A stretch of 64,000 nucleotides of DNA. Origin: Raillietiella orientalis (lineage: Eukaryota). Positions 24,386-36,945 of this stretch are shown in pieces. Location: assembly GCA_036172245.1 (NCBI GenBank), contig JAYWIR010000010.1:372001-436000 (forward strand). Reading direction: 5' to 3'. Every line of letters begins with the position of its first letter. The stretch's first letter is position 1. A program made the position numbers and the translations under genes. The notes below the pieces were generated by a model. It had not been told where the DNA came from. It ran no database searches and was given only the letters and a program-made list of their open reading frames with translations.

Positions 24386-26952
24386 CTGCAAAGAGACTTC
24401 CACCGTTGCTTTTCCCAATTCCGGTTCTGCGGTCGTCCCCCGCGCCGGGCAAGCGAGGGAACGTACCCTCCCCCCCACTTCCACGCCCCTGATCGCTGCT
24501 ACCGCCCGACAAAGCCAGCAAGCCATGTTGTCGGCCGGAATCCTCTCCGTGGGCGCCTGCATGGTCACCGCCGATGCGCGATATCTCCATTGCGGAGTGG
24601 GCGCTGCATCCTACCATCATCGCCCGCCTGGCGCGGCCTGCGCCATCGCCTCCGCCGCTCAGGAAGGAGGGGAGGCCGGCGCACTCGAAGCGGCGGCGTC
24701 TCTTGCCATGGCAACGGCGGTTCGCGGTAATGCGGCGGCGAGAGATGGGGCGGGAGGCAATTACGGAGGCGGTGCACGCGCGTAAGCACAAGTGTCCTCC
24801 GTGCACATCCCGCTCCCTCCTCCCCCTCCCGCGCGTGCGCGCCGCTCGGTGCTGCGCACGGGAAGCTCCCCCCTCGTAAGCGCGCACGCGCGCTCCGCTC
24901 GCCTCCACCTGTGCGAACGCGCGCGCAGACGCACTGGGGCCCCCGCGGCACAGATTCGGGATGGACGCACGTGGGCGCGAGCACCGCGCGTGTGTGCGCA
25001 GGTGCGAACTGCACTCCACTCGGCCCGCCCGCATTCAACGTGCGTCTGTTCGCGCGTGCGCGTTCTGCTGAGGGGTTCGCTGCAGATTGCGGGCTGAGGG
25101 CGGCCAGGGAGGGGCCTGCCTTCTCTCCCCCTCCTCTTCCGAGGCAAATGGCGAGCGGCATCTCCCACCGCGCGCGTTCCTCAGGGGAGGCGGGACGCCC
25201 GTCCGGGAGGTTCCCTCCGGCCTGGCAGCTCACTCGCCGCTTCCGTTGCGCCAACGCGGGGTGGAGCCTCCCCCTCGTCGCTTCCGGTTCCTCCTCCATT
25301 CTGTCGGGCACCTTGCGCGCTCGCCTGCGCTCGGTGCTGGTGAAAGCGCGACCGGAGGTCGGAGGCCGCTGCCGGTGCTCCCCGGCGGCGAGCGCGCGCC
25401 AGCGAAGAAGCCGGGAGAGAGTGCGCGCCGAACTCTTCCTGAGTGGCGCCGCCCGCCTGCCTCATGAGCGACCTGCCGCACTCTCCGCGGCCGGCAGGCA
25501 CGTTGCCCAGGAGCGGAGGGAGCCATCCGCCCGCGAAGAGAGGTCTTCCGCTCCACAAGTCCTCGCTCGAAGGGGTCCCCTGGCGAGCAGCTTGGGGCGA
25601 TGCCGCGAGCTTTCCCGGCTGCCCGGGAACGCTTGCGTCTTCCGCCCCTGCAGAGGAAGACCTCCGTTCGCTTTCTCCTACGGCGCCAGCAGCGGCGCGC
25701 GGGAGCCAAGGATTCCGGCCTGAACCTGCGCCAGGACTCCTTTGACTTCCAGGGATGAAGGGAGGCGCTGCAGTCGGGCCGCGGGCAGCAGCAGCGCTCT
25801 CCGCGCCCCAGGGCGCCCGGCCGTGGAAGAGGAGAGGGGGCCAACTGGTGGACTCGGCGGCATCGAAGGTTCGGGAGGCCTCCCGACGAACTTCGCGCGA
25901 GAATCCCCTCCCCCTCACACACACCCCTTCCTGCTTCTTCGATCGCCGACCACCACCAGAGGGAGAAGCGGTTTCTCCTTCTTGGACACCTGTCAGGGGC
26001 CACGTATGGGAGCTCCCCTGTCTGGAGCTCCCAAGGAGAGACTTGCCGCGGCCTGCCGAAATCTCCTGGAAACGAGCCGGGGGGGGGGGGGGGGGGCAAG
26101 AAACGGCGGCAGCCTTGGCTGGGAGATTCGGAAATCCCGGTCCCACCCGGGGCCCCGCCTCGGGGGCTCGCGTCCTGCTCCCCGATGCTCATCTCCCCTT
26201 CCGACCCTCGCCACTTCTCGTGGCTCCACGGTTTCTGCACGCTCCTCCCACGGCACCGAAGGACCCGCAGAGCGCGGTAGGCAGCAGCATCCTCGCAGTA
26301 TCCGAGAAAGCTGCTCCTCCAGAAGGATCGTTTCTTTCTTTGCTTTCTTCCCGTCGACGTTTCTGGAGGCGGCGAATCCTGCTGCTTTCCCATGTAGTTC
26401 CCCCCTCCCCCTCGGCGAAGTCAGACGGTAGGGAATTTGTGGGAGGGGAGGGGGGGGGCTCGACGTGCAGCCGTCCGCAGCAGGCGGCGCACAGCAGTGC
26501 ACGCGCGCCCCATTCCATCCTTGGAGCGCCAACAGAGAGTCGGAGGTGCCTCCTCACAACTGCTTGGTTCCCACACCGCCCGGCTCCACGAGTGCCCGTT
26601 TTCGTCCCGCATCCGTCTCCGCCTCGCCCGTCGAGCGTTGGGTGGCGCCACGCGGGAGCCTTGGAGGAGAAGCGTCGGGGGTTCGGTGGGCAGTCGGGGG
26701 GGTGGCGGGGTGGACTCGGCACACCGCAAGTCCGCTCCTCCCCGCTCCAAGCTCCATGCTGACGCCAGCGCTCCTTCTGGAAATGCCGGAGGGGTGTGGG
26801 GTGGGGTGGGGTAGGCGGTGCATTGGCGCTGCTCGTTGCTGCGCCGCAGGGATCGCTCGCCATGTGCTTCCTTTCACAGGAGGAACGCAGAGTGTCTCCC
26901 GCTCGTCGTCGGCAGACAGAAAAAAAAAAAAAAAAGTACACACGCGGACACA

Positions 26953-26981
26953 GACACGCACGCACGCACGCACGCACGCAC
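26953..26981. repeat. (GCAC)n microsatellite; another copy at ~39341-39369
   Basis: Read directly. Confidence 0.9.
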
Positions 26982-27062
26982 TCACAGGAACACGGACACG
27001 CTCGCACGCGCTCTCGGAAGACGCCATCCCGGAAGCACCCAACACTCGAAAATGATACGTAC

Positions 27063-27066
27063 CCAT
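27063..27066 (-). CDS. Candidate first coding exon (ATG G|gtacgt)
   Basis: The phase-1 donor matches the phase-1 acceptor at 24385, giving MVHHSIYV..., and AT-rich 5'UTR-like sequence lies upstream. An alternative start is the ATG at 24590 with a phase-1 donor at 24466. Confidence 0.4.
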
Positions 27067-27345
27067 GTCAACCGCTGAAATTTCAATCTTTCACATGTAG
27101 CTTTTTGTTTAAATGAACACACACGCCGAAAACTGGAAAACTAATGAACCGGGAAAGCATGGCAGGTGCGCCGATCGCACTACGCGACTCATGCAGCATA
27201 TCATTCGGAGGATTCGGAACATATCTTCCTGCTGGAAGGGAACGTAAGCGCTATCACGGAAAGAAAAGGAGGAAAGAAAGAAGGGAGGGGGAAAAAAAAA
27301 AAAAAAAAAAATGTGGGAGCTGATATAAAAGGAAACAAAAAAAAG

Positions 27346-27356
27346 GAAAGAGAGGA

Positions 27357-27390
<34 letters not shown>
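27346..27390. repeat. (GA)n tract followed by poly-G
   Basis: Read directly. Confidence 0.9.
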
Positions 27391-27999
27391 AGGGACGCAC
27401 ACGGTGTTTTGCAGGATGTGCTCACCCACACCTGATGGCAGCTGAACCGGGACCAGGCATGTTTCCTCCTCAACCGCGTAACTCGAACGCTCGCGTGCGA
27501 TTTCGCAGCGGACCGCCCCACCGGGAACGCCGGGAACGTTCTCGACGGCGGCCAGCCGGGAGCGATCCTGCACCCCTCCCTCACCGGGGACGGCGAGAAA
27601 GGGGGGAAGGGGGGGAGGGGGAGAGGAAAAGGAAAATCCATAAGGGATTCGCATTCCCTCGCGGAACAGGTGGTGGTGATCGTGTTTGGGGGGGGGATGG
27701 GGTGCTCCCCCCGGGCGTGGTGTCGTGCGTGATGAACACCAGTTTCGGGAAACGCACTCGCCGCCGAGAGGGGGAGAGGACGCTCGGTTCGAGTTACGCG
27801 GGGGGGGGGGGGGGGCCTGTGCACCCTGCAGCCGGGTCGGCGTGCGAACGAGTTGAACGCACGGCATCGCAACAGCACCGCCCTGCTAAGGAGCTTTGAC
27901 AGAATGATTGCTGCGAGAGAGACTCTATGATGCTCTCTCTGCTGCAATCACTTCTTGTGCAATCGTCCCGTCCCGTGCCAAATGTGACTAAGTATCTTT

Positions 28000-30900
28000 T
28001 GCTAATGAGCTGCTCGAAGCCATCAGGGGAAAAGCGTGACACGGCGAGCAGGGGGCGTCGGGGATCAGTGGCAACGGTTCCCGTGCTCCATCGACAGGGG
28101 TGCTAGAGCCCGGAGAAGAATCCTCTCCGGCACGCTCACACGGACTCGCAGAGGATTTGCAAGATGCGTAAGGTGTGATGAGTAAGAGGGCCATGTGGAC
28201 CCGAGCGGGAATCAGACGGTAGTGTGTCGCCTCTTCCCGGAGGCATCCCTGTGCGTGGCCACGGGGAGAGTGAGAATCGAGCGCGTTTGCTTCAGGGCTG
28301 GACACCCCTCGGTTTCCTGCTCCGTGAAGAAGCGAGAATCTGGAACTGCGGTGGATGATGGCGTACGGAGACAACCTGCTTTCCATCCGGAGTGAGAGGG
28401 ACGGACAGAGGTTCCCTAAGTACCCAAGAACCGTTCATCCAGGGAGCTCCTCTGCTGGCACACCAGCCGAGGGCAAATGCAACTCTTAGAAGCTAGAAGG
28501 CAAAACCCGTAAGGACCACCCTGTGAAGCCAGGAAGGCTTCGGAGAAGGGAGTCCTTTCCTCTCGCGCGCTTGGTAGGGAACGCTCTCCCTGGCTGCTTC
28601 TGGAGTATCCCCTGAAAAGGATCCGCTCCTTGAATTTCTTCTCCGGAGGCAGTCTGCAAGGGAAGGGATTCGCTCCCTGTTTCCTCCTCTGAAGAGAACC
28701 CCGCAGGGACGCTTCCCGAGGGAGAGAAGGAAGAAGGGGGGGGGAGTAGGTCCGAGGAAATCGGCGGTTTTCCGCGAGCGATCACTCCGAAAGCGCAATT
28801 TTTTCTCCTGGATTCCTGGCGCCGTTGCTAGTCGATCGCCTAGGATGGCTGCTCGGAGACGGAAAGTAGGTGGCCATCGCGAGAGCAGGACGTAGGCACC
28901 TTGGAATAGAAATGAAGGGGAATGCATCGCGCTTGTTTGATTTCACGCCGAAAGGTGCATTTATCTACAGGGATTGCTCCTGCAGTGCTCTTTCCCAAGG
29001 GAAAGATCGAATGGAGACGAAGAACTTTCGCCTTCCGTCGACTCTCACCAATTCGCAGTTCTCATCAGCAAGAGATCAGCAGGGCCGCCCCAGGAGACGG
29101 AGCATGAGAACCAGGAATAAGAGAGAGCAGCGGCCGCAGCCCGGCAGATGGATCGCACGTCGATGGAAGGCGGTTGCAGTACACCGAGAAATGGCACCTC
29201 ATGGGATTCCTACAGGAGATGGAAGGATTCAAAGATTATCCGTCTTTGGACCCCTGGATGATTACTGAGCAGTTACGATGTGCTCTCAATTAAAGGCTGG
29301 AGTAAGGCCTTAGAGACAAGGCAGTGGACGCAGGGTTCTTGAACTCTCATCTCGTCAACGGACACACGAGATGATCCCTTCACACGCCTGCCGCATTTTT
29401 GATTGCTTTATTCTCAACCTAATATGAAATATAAAAGAAGCGCAATCCATTTCTGTTCCACGGTTCCAGTTTCCATTTTCGCTCGTTCCGTCCTCAGGAA
29501 CCTCCCGAAATTGGCTGCATCGTCCACGTCGAAGGAGCACTTACTGTCGCATTCGTCGCGAATTCTGCCAACTGGGAACGAAGAGAAGGAGACCCAACAA
29601 CGAATAAGTTCTCCAATCTCTCTGATCTTCTCTGGAAAAGATCGAGGGACAAAGGGACGAACGGCTGGCAGAGACCGAAGATTAACGGAGACTCGAGGAA
29701 TCAGAGAGGAGCAAGGTGTCACTGCTTCTGTGTCCGTGGCTCCCTCCTTTTCCATCTGGATGCCATTTCAGGTGCTTGCGCGCGCCTGCTGATAACCTCC
29801 CGCTGAGCGAGCACCGTTCTCCGGAATCCAATGGAAACCTACTTACCAGGCAAGCCGACCGGAAGAAGAACAGGGGCAGTCTGTGTCCGGATGGACGGAA
29901 GAGGGCACCTGCAAAATCAGCGCCCCTATGGGCATACGAGCCTGGTCTTCTCTCGGCCTGTCCAACCTCCTCCGTTCTGGATTCGTGCCGAACTGCGCTC
30001 CTTCAGCCGCGGTGCACTCTTGGTGACCCGTAGTAGCCGTCCGTCGTCCCGTTCCCTCCATAGTAGAGTTGCCTGCCTCTCACCGGTAGGTCTAGACTTG
30101 CCGCATCTGGCGAGGTCGTGAGGGGCGCGTTGTCCAGGCGAGGAATCTTTGTGTATGCAATGGGGTCGCAGGAGATCGCTTCCTAATGAGACCATCCTCC
30201 CCCCACCCTTCTCCTCCTCAAGCGAGAGAAACCTATTCCGTAAAGAAGAAAAACCGCGGGGAATCATCGCGCTTCCGGAGCGAACTCTTTCGCGTTGCTA
30301 GCCATTTCGTTCTTTTGGATGGCCTGACCCAGATCCATCCTCCCCGATTCCCGTTGGCAGCTCGACGTGAACCATCACTGAGGTCCTTTTTCTGCATAAG
30401 TCGTCACTGCAAGCCTTTAGATTTGTTTTTGTTTTCCAGATTCCCGATCAATCATCTAGGGCATCGGAGACCCCCGTGTGAGGCTGGAGAGAGCTCGTGC
30501 TTCGTCTTTGCCAGGCACATCTAGAAGCGATGCTCGCTTGCTCATTGGCCTCATTACAGATGGCCTCCAGTATATCTTGCATCTTGTGCTTACGAAACGT
30601 CGGGAGATTGGGCCAAAAAAAACAAAAAAAAAAATGGTCGCCACATGGAACAGAGAGTGCTTGCGCGCGTGCGCCATGGGCGCTCATCCCTCCGTGAGGT
30701 TTGCAGTTGAATGCTCCTTGACCTCTCTGGCTGTTCGGAATTTTCATTTGACCTTTGTTTTTCGGAATCTTGGTTCGTTCCTCACACTGCCAAACTTGCA
30801 CGAAAGAAGCAGTCAAAGATTCTTCACCAAGTATTGGAAACAGCACAGTTTCCCTAGACGTGGATCGGCAGGTGGCTTTCCGGTTCAGTTCCGGATTGGG

Positions 30901-32600
30901 TGAGTTTAGCGAGGGACTCTTAGTGTTGGATCTTCGAAGTTGTGAAAAAATTCAGGCCAAAAGTTGCCCACCGGCTTGGGACGTGCTCGTGGTAGATGCC
31001 GCGAGAGTTGCAGTTGGCCTCAACGATAAAGACAGGTCACAGAGCTTTCAAACCTTTCAAACCTGGAGGTCCGACTGCAGAACGTCGTCACTGCAAGGAT
31101 CCCATGATCGTAGGGCACACCAATCACGGTGGCATCTGTTGAGTTCGAAGCCTCGCTCTTCACGGTCACAGAGAGGCACACTGTCCTTGCTTTCTTTTGG
31201 CTCGCACTTTCCCGGGTTTTTTTTCTTTTGTTCTCTAACGGGAACCTGACTTCAGCAGCGGTTGCATGGGTTAGTCGGGATGGGACTGTCATAGAGCCAG
31301 CCGTTCATTTCAACGTCCACCTAGCGCGAAGAAACAAAGTCTTGCACAACACGGACACCACGGATCTCACTGAGCAGTTGCGCCCAGCAGTTATACCCCA
31401 GTTCGGCAAATGAGGGTGTCGGGGACACTGCTAAAGACAAGATTTCCTTGGAAAGGAATGCAGTAGGGACTTCTTCCCTGGAATCCGGAGATAACCTTTT
31501 TTCCCGAAAGCAACCGGACAAGTTGACCACGCAGCAGCATTTCGTGTCAGTGGGGAGAATCCGCTTCTTGGAATTGGAGCTCACATGAATTTGAGTGCAC
31601 GGAGGAAGATCGCAAGGATGTATCTGGTGATTTTTCCCGAAGGAAGAACCTCAAATTGAGAGGCAGAGATTGGCCAAATATCTCGAGATGCGCGTCAGGA
31701 GAGGTTGCAAGGTTACGAAGCCCGACTGAGATAATCACCAAGCCGTTCTCAAACGGGAATAAAATACCTGGAGATTCAACAAGAATACAAAATAAGTGGG
31801 ATGTGGAACTCCCCGTTGCTAGGAATCGTTTTGTCACTGGTAAAACAGCCAACTGAAGAACTTCGGAAAAGTGAAATTCGCGAGTGCTGTGTCCACTTTC
31901 CGGCTGTACGGGCGACTGCATCTGAAGATGCAAAAAAGTGCAGATCAGTTTCCTCTGGAGAGAATTTTCGGAAGATTCGTGTTGTGTGTCCATGTCGGCT
32001 TTGGTAACAAGGAGGTTTAGAATTTGGAAGATGCATCGTGTGTGAACCTCATCTGAACCGTATCCTGGTTCCCACAATTGTCGTCAAGTCGTTCTGGGAT
32101 CCCGAAAATGACGGTGTTCTTCAAGATCTGGAGGTTCGAAGACCATACTCCAAGACCAGCTCGCTAGCTGCGCTCTAACCCGACTGTGTCTGTCCAACGC
32201 ACTCGAAAAGTGGGCCTCTATCAAGCCCAGCAATTGTCCGTCACTGCACTTTGAAATTACGACAGCAAGATGAGTCAGAAAGATCGCCAAGACATCTCAG
32301 CCCTTGAGTGAGGTGATACATACCAGTAACTATGGAAACCGTTGGATTTGGGTTTACTCCCGTAGGAGCTCACCAGATCTTGTTCAAAGCGGTGACCAAA
32401 GTGATTAGCGATTCTTCACATGGCAAAACACGAATGCTATCAGAATGTTCTTTCAATGGTTGGCAATGTTCAGGAAAGCAGATAGGATGTCCCTGAACAA
32501 GGACGTAAGGCGACTCTTGAAGAGAGAGTGTTTGAATCTACGAAGCAATGGCAACTACATTTGTTTTAATCACTTGGAGAGATGTCGCGGTCTCGTAACA
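28000..32600 (-). mobile_element. Near full-length but heavily decayed I-group LINE (ORF1 gag-like, APE, RT)
   Basis: ORF1 PGY...EV/HLPNSKPPCYQSRHGH (~GY....VR.YIPNP.RC..CQ.FGH) at ~32.0 kb. APE PVFIVEANCN at ~31.0 kb. RT motifs IPR....L...RP....S...K..E (~29.65 kb), GIP*GA (29193-29210) and LADE (~FADD, 29061-29072). Interrupted by SINE copy 3. Confidence 0.6.
28530..28740 (-). mobile_element. Partial SINE body, copy 3
   Basis: The reverse complement gggttctcttcagaggaggaaacaggg...cctccggagaagaaatt aligns with 9473-9540. Confidence 0.65.
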
Positions 32601-32779
32601 GTACCGTCAGAGGATAGTAACAGTTTAAAACAGAAAGTTTTAAACTGTCACTGTCCCCTGAGTCTGCAGTTTCGTTGCAGTTCTTCCGAATCACTACGGA
32701 TGGAAGTAAAGAAGAGGCTGAGTTCATCATCGGCGGATGAGGATTTGGGATCATACATCTACATTCATCTCAGGATCCA

Positions 32780-33460
32780 TCAAGGGTAAGTTAAACAGAC
32801 TCAGCCATCATGTCAGAAGTATGCTTTGGCCACTTAGACAGTTCGAGATTGGAACCATCCCAAGTGTGCTTTCCAGACGTTCCGTCTCCCATTCTCCGTT
32901 CACCAACTGCCAGGGGGCTTAGGAGAGGGGATGCATAGAAGGAACGTCTTACTACAGGAGCACGGTACCCGAAGATTGGCAAAGTACTGAGCCATGGCCT
33001 AGAGGCAGACCTGCAGTCCGGGAGCGCCATGCCTTCTGGACTAGAAAGACCAGGTATAATCGGTCTCAGCTGATGAGCGCCATGGGATACGCTCTTCGTG
33101 CTCCTTGCGCCTGTGGAGCCTGATCTCACGCAGCTATTGCGCTGGAAGACTCTCCAGCCATACAGAGGCGGAGCAACGCACAATTCTAAACGAACCCTCC
33201 ACGATGGACAAGATCCTTCACGCTGTGGGATGAACCAAACGTTGGGTTGCGGCGCCCGATGCGACCCTCACGAGATCTCTGGAAAAGTGCTGGTTTCGTG
33301 GGCAGCTGGACGGCAGCCATGGGAACTCGGACTCTCCTCTAGAGGGTGCGATGACTCACCTACAGAAGCAACTCGTGCTGAAAGTGGATGGCTCTCAAGC
33401 GTCGGGTCTGCACCCAACGTCCGGAGCAGAGCCGTTCCTGCTTCATGACATCCCTTCATT
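32780..33460 (-). mobile_element. Penelope-like element RT fragment, decayed
   Basis: ALLRTLGADPTL (~AL..L..D..I), HETSTF.EI (~L.D..TY), HQLRPIIPGLSSP (~PLRPIIS...SP) and VPISNCL (~VPI.E.L), in order. Confidence 0.55.
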
Positions 33461-34599
33461 CCAGAGAACGGCAGGTTCCGGCGGGCAGGAGAAGCGCGGT
33501 GGTGACCGCAGGAGGGTTTGGACAACCGATCTCTCTTCGAGTCCACCGTCGGCTCAGATTCTGTAGCGCGTGCGCGCTGGGAGACGATGGTCTGACCGTG
33601 GAACATTATCAGTGTTTCGCAGACGGACTGAGTCTCCAGATGTTTCAGCTGACCAAGCGGATCAGGGAGACAGGTTACATGCGTGTCTCCTTTCGGTCAG
33701 TGAGGTTTCGCTTGCCCTCTAAGTGGGGGGGGGGGAACTACGTAGCCTAAGCAACCGGCCTCCCATCACAGCAGTGAATTCGGACGTCAGGCCACTTAAC
33801 AAACCGCGGGCTGTGCTTCTGGTCTGGGCTGAAAACTCCGCGGAAAACCAATCTCTTCTACGCTCAGACCTGTTGTAGCATCTCTTCGCTGTTAGCCTCA
33901 GGACTCTCAACGTCCGGAATGAAATGGTGGAAAAGGTGGCAACCGCAGGAGGCTCTGGGATCTCCGTTAAGGGTTGTAGGCCTGAGTAGGACCTTCAAAT
34001 GAGGCGACTAGCATCCTTTTTTGAAACTCCTGGGGCGGTATGCTCGCTTCAGACTCCCTTCCGGTCTAGCTGAGCTCTGCGTGGTACGAAGACATGATTA
34101 ACATCTGTTTCAGAGACCGTCACTTGCATAGCATACCTTTTCACCTGCTCCCTGGGGTGTTTTCTGAAAAGAAACAAACTTGGGAACATACTTCCTGAAG
34201 GAAACAAAAAGGAGTTTACAGGAAGGGATCTCCCACACGCAGGCCGGTCACTGAGGAAGTCCGGAGCAAGGAGAAGGGGACAATCATGAAATGAAAACGA
34301 GAGGGAAGGAGAAACGGAGATCTCTGATAAATGACTCTCCTTCCCTCTCAGAACTGTACAGAGTGCAGAGGAGCTCGTTCACGGCTTCCTCATTCTAGTG
34401 GTGCCACTCGCGGCCGTCCTTATTCAGGCGGCTGCCAAGCTGGTGACCTCCCGTTCGCTGCGCCCGAAACTCCAGCACATGGCGGGCTGTGACGATGGTG
34501 CGGATGCAATATCTGGTTGCAACCACTCCCTCAGCCTTCCGAGAGCGTTCCGCGTGCGAAGAATCGCCGCAGCAAGTCCGTGGCGGTCCTCCGGGCGCA

Positions 34600-35100
34600 G
34601 AAGCTCTGAAGACAGCCTCCTCCACGGAGGGCACCGCAGTCCAGAAGCAGGTGCGGGAACGATTCGATCTTTCCGCACCTAAAACAGTTTGGGGACGCAG
34701 CTCTCCGGGAACGAATTGTTAGCGACGATTGTGCTGGGAATCCCAGTGCAGGAAGAGCACCACCTCTTGCTCCCATTTCAGAGGGAGCACCGAAGTGCGC
34801 AAATACAAGGGAGGAACCAGGAGTACTTCGAGGAGTTCTCTCTACCAAAGCAGCCTCTAGAAAGCCTTCAACCGTGGAGTAGCGACGTCCACCAGCTCGC
34901 TCATCCTGCAGTCGCCCTGGAGTTTGGTTGCTCTCACAACAGTGCGGGAAAACTTCCACTCCGCCGGTAAACTGTCGTTGGTCGTGCTTAGGGAAGATGG
35001 CGCTGAGGCAAGGGTTGTGTCGGCCAAGAGGCAGGCACCATTTCGTGTCGTTCCGCAAGACATCTTCCAGGGGAAGGCGTGCCATTTCTCTTTAGCATTT
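34600..35100 (-). mobile_element. LINE ORF2 C-terminal zinc-knuckle remnant
   Basis: ORF 34531-35085 contains SPNCFRCGKIESFPHLLLDC (C-x2-C-x7-H-x4-C), typical of LINE ORF2 C-termini. Confidence 0.55.
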
Positions 35101-35289
35101 ACTTCTAGTTGGCACTCAATGGGTTTCGGAAAGCTCTTGTGACTCCGCCGTCATCCTGCTTCTGCATCAGCTGCCCGTGACGCCTTACGCACACAATTTC
35201 TGCCTACCATTTCTCGTGTCTCATTCATCGACAACGCTTGATCAGTTCTTCGATTTGATATGTCAGGGAGCGACTTGAGAGTCTGCAGG

Positions 35290-36000
35290 ATGAAATTGAC
35301 TTCGTTCCCGTAGGAGCAACGTGGTCAGGACAGCCACATTTCAATCTCCCAGGAACCCCATGGGAGGTACTTCTTGGTGTGCCCATGGGCGACTTCTGGT
35401 TAGGGGAAGCGTGGTCTGGCTGCATCCCAGAAACAGAAAAGAGCCTCTTCTCGTGCGGTAGTTTTCCCCTGCAGCAACCAACTGCCACGTAGAACGTGTT
35501 CGCTTCTTCCTTGTTCTCCGCCCTACCAGGTGGAAAGGAGGGAGAATGGTGGGACTTCCAAAAAAACCCTGTGGAGAGCAGAGAGGTTCCGGCTTCGTCT
35601 CAAATGCCTGCTGTGTTTTTGCATGACTATGGATCACTTAGCTGCTGGATCCTGAAAACCGGAAGTGTAGGTCCAGTTTCGGAGCCTATCTTTGATGGTC
35701 TGTCGGTGGAACCAATAGCAGTGTCTCGTTGAGCGCGACAAGCTTCAGCTCGTAGCCTGCTGCGAAGGACTGGAGTTTAGGATCTGGCATGTTGAGGGTC
35801 CAAGGGATTATCTTCTCGCCCAAAACCTCAACAAGCAGAGACTCTTGGAATTCCCTTTCAATGACTTGGACTCCTTGCTGCGGAAGTACATGGGTATATT
35901 CTTGCGGCCAGCAGATTATGACGTGTGGCGGCAGGAGGCTGTAAGCAGACCTCGCACACCAGCCTCCGAGGTGCCATCCCGAGAGAGGGCGCAACGGCAG
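35290..36000 (+). mobile_element. Decayed LINE RT fragment
   Basis: VFASSLFS (~LSP.LF), tttgcatgac (~FADD with a 2-nt deletion), EGLEF (~GL.I), RKYMGIFL (~KYLGI). Confidence 0.4.
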
Positions 36001-36734
36001 GCAAGCTGTCCGCAGGATGAAATCCTCTTCCTGCGAATCGCGTCAAGATGGACCCATGACGACGGTATCAGGAAGAGCTTGCCAGCGTCCCGCCTCAGGC
36101 ACAGGAGGACCGACGGAGCCGGCAGCACAACATTGTTTTCTTCTTCTTCTCCCTCCCTTCCGTTCCGCTCACGGACCTCGTCGACATTCTCTGAAGACTT
36201 ATTCAACCCGTTGGGACTTCATGCTCTGACGAATTTGCATGCTTACCACCAAAAGAAACGTCCCGTCGTGACCAAGTGAAAACCCTCCTTACGGGGGCAC
36301 GTGGCCAACTGTTCCGGTGGAAGGTTCCCTGTGTCATGGCAGAAAACAGCAGGTGGTTGGCGTCCCAATACCTGGGGTCCACTCCCGTGCATGCTCTGAT
36401 GGGCAGGTGTGCAGACGAACTAGTGGTTCCCAGCGCTCTCCTGAACACCTCAGCGCTTGCGCTCCGCAGGCAACACGGAAGACACTTTGCCGTTGCACTG
36501 CAGCACCATTGAGCGAGGGGGAGCGTCGTTCCCGAATCGTCCCAGGATCTCCTGCACCCGCTGTTGGACTGCAGGCTCCTCCGCGGAGGGCTGCGGCGCG
36601 TGTCGACAGCCTTCCTACAACCAGAGGGACCGTCCTCGGCAGCTTCTCTTTTTTATTCGTCCGACGCGTCGTCCGGCCACTGCGCGGTCGAGTCGTGATG
36701 CTTCGTGATGTCGAGTCCCGTACCTTCCCGGCGG

Positions 36735-36945
36735 CAGGAGGCTGATCTTCACCTCCACCTTCTTCAGATGCATCCACTTGTGCGATCCCACGTCGTGCCG
36801 GGTCAGAGTGGGACTCTGTAACGGCCATCCTTGTCCAGGTCAGGAGTACTGAACTGCATCCCCTTGTAGTGTGCGAGGGCGTCGGAGGCATTCCTGAAGT
36901 ACCTCCCAATGGTCAGGCAGTAGTTGTCTGCGGTGGGCACCAATT
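36735..36945 (-). pseudogene. Fibrinogen-related domain (FReD; ficolin/tachylectin/tenascin-type) pseudogene fragment
   Basis: Translates to ADNYCLTIGRYFRNASDALAHYKGMQFSTPDLDKD (~adkYrLtiggYsGtAgDsL.yhnGMkFST.DrDnD), then GRY, an in-frame stop, GTTW, a frameshift and LKKVEVKI (~LKK.EMKI). The CA..GGWW..C..NLN segment is absent. Confidence 0.8.

Noticed and set aside
28540..28655. Minus-strand LPPEKKFKER as a possible extra C2 exon
   Set aside because: The sequence is a copy of the SINE body and lies upstream of the TM exon.
34940..35030. Minus-strand EWKFSRT resembling a TRP-channel TRP box
   Set aside because: The upstream S6 helix is not hydrophobic enough, no downstream LP.PFN motif follows, and the site lies beside a LINE zinc-knuckle remnant. 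More likely TE-derived or chance.
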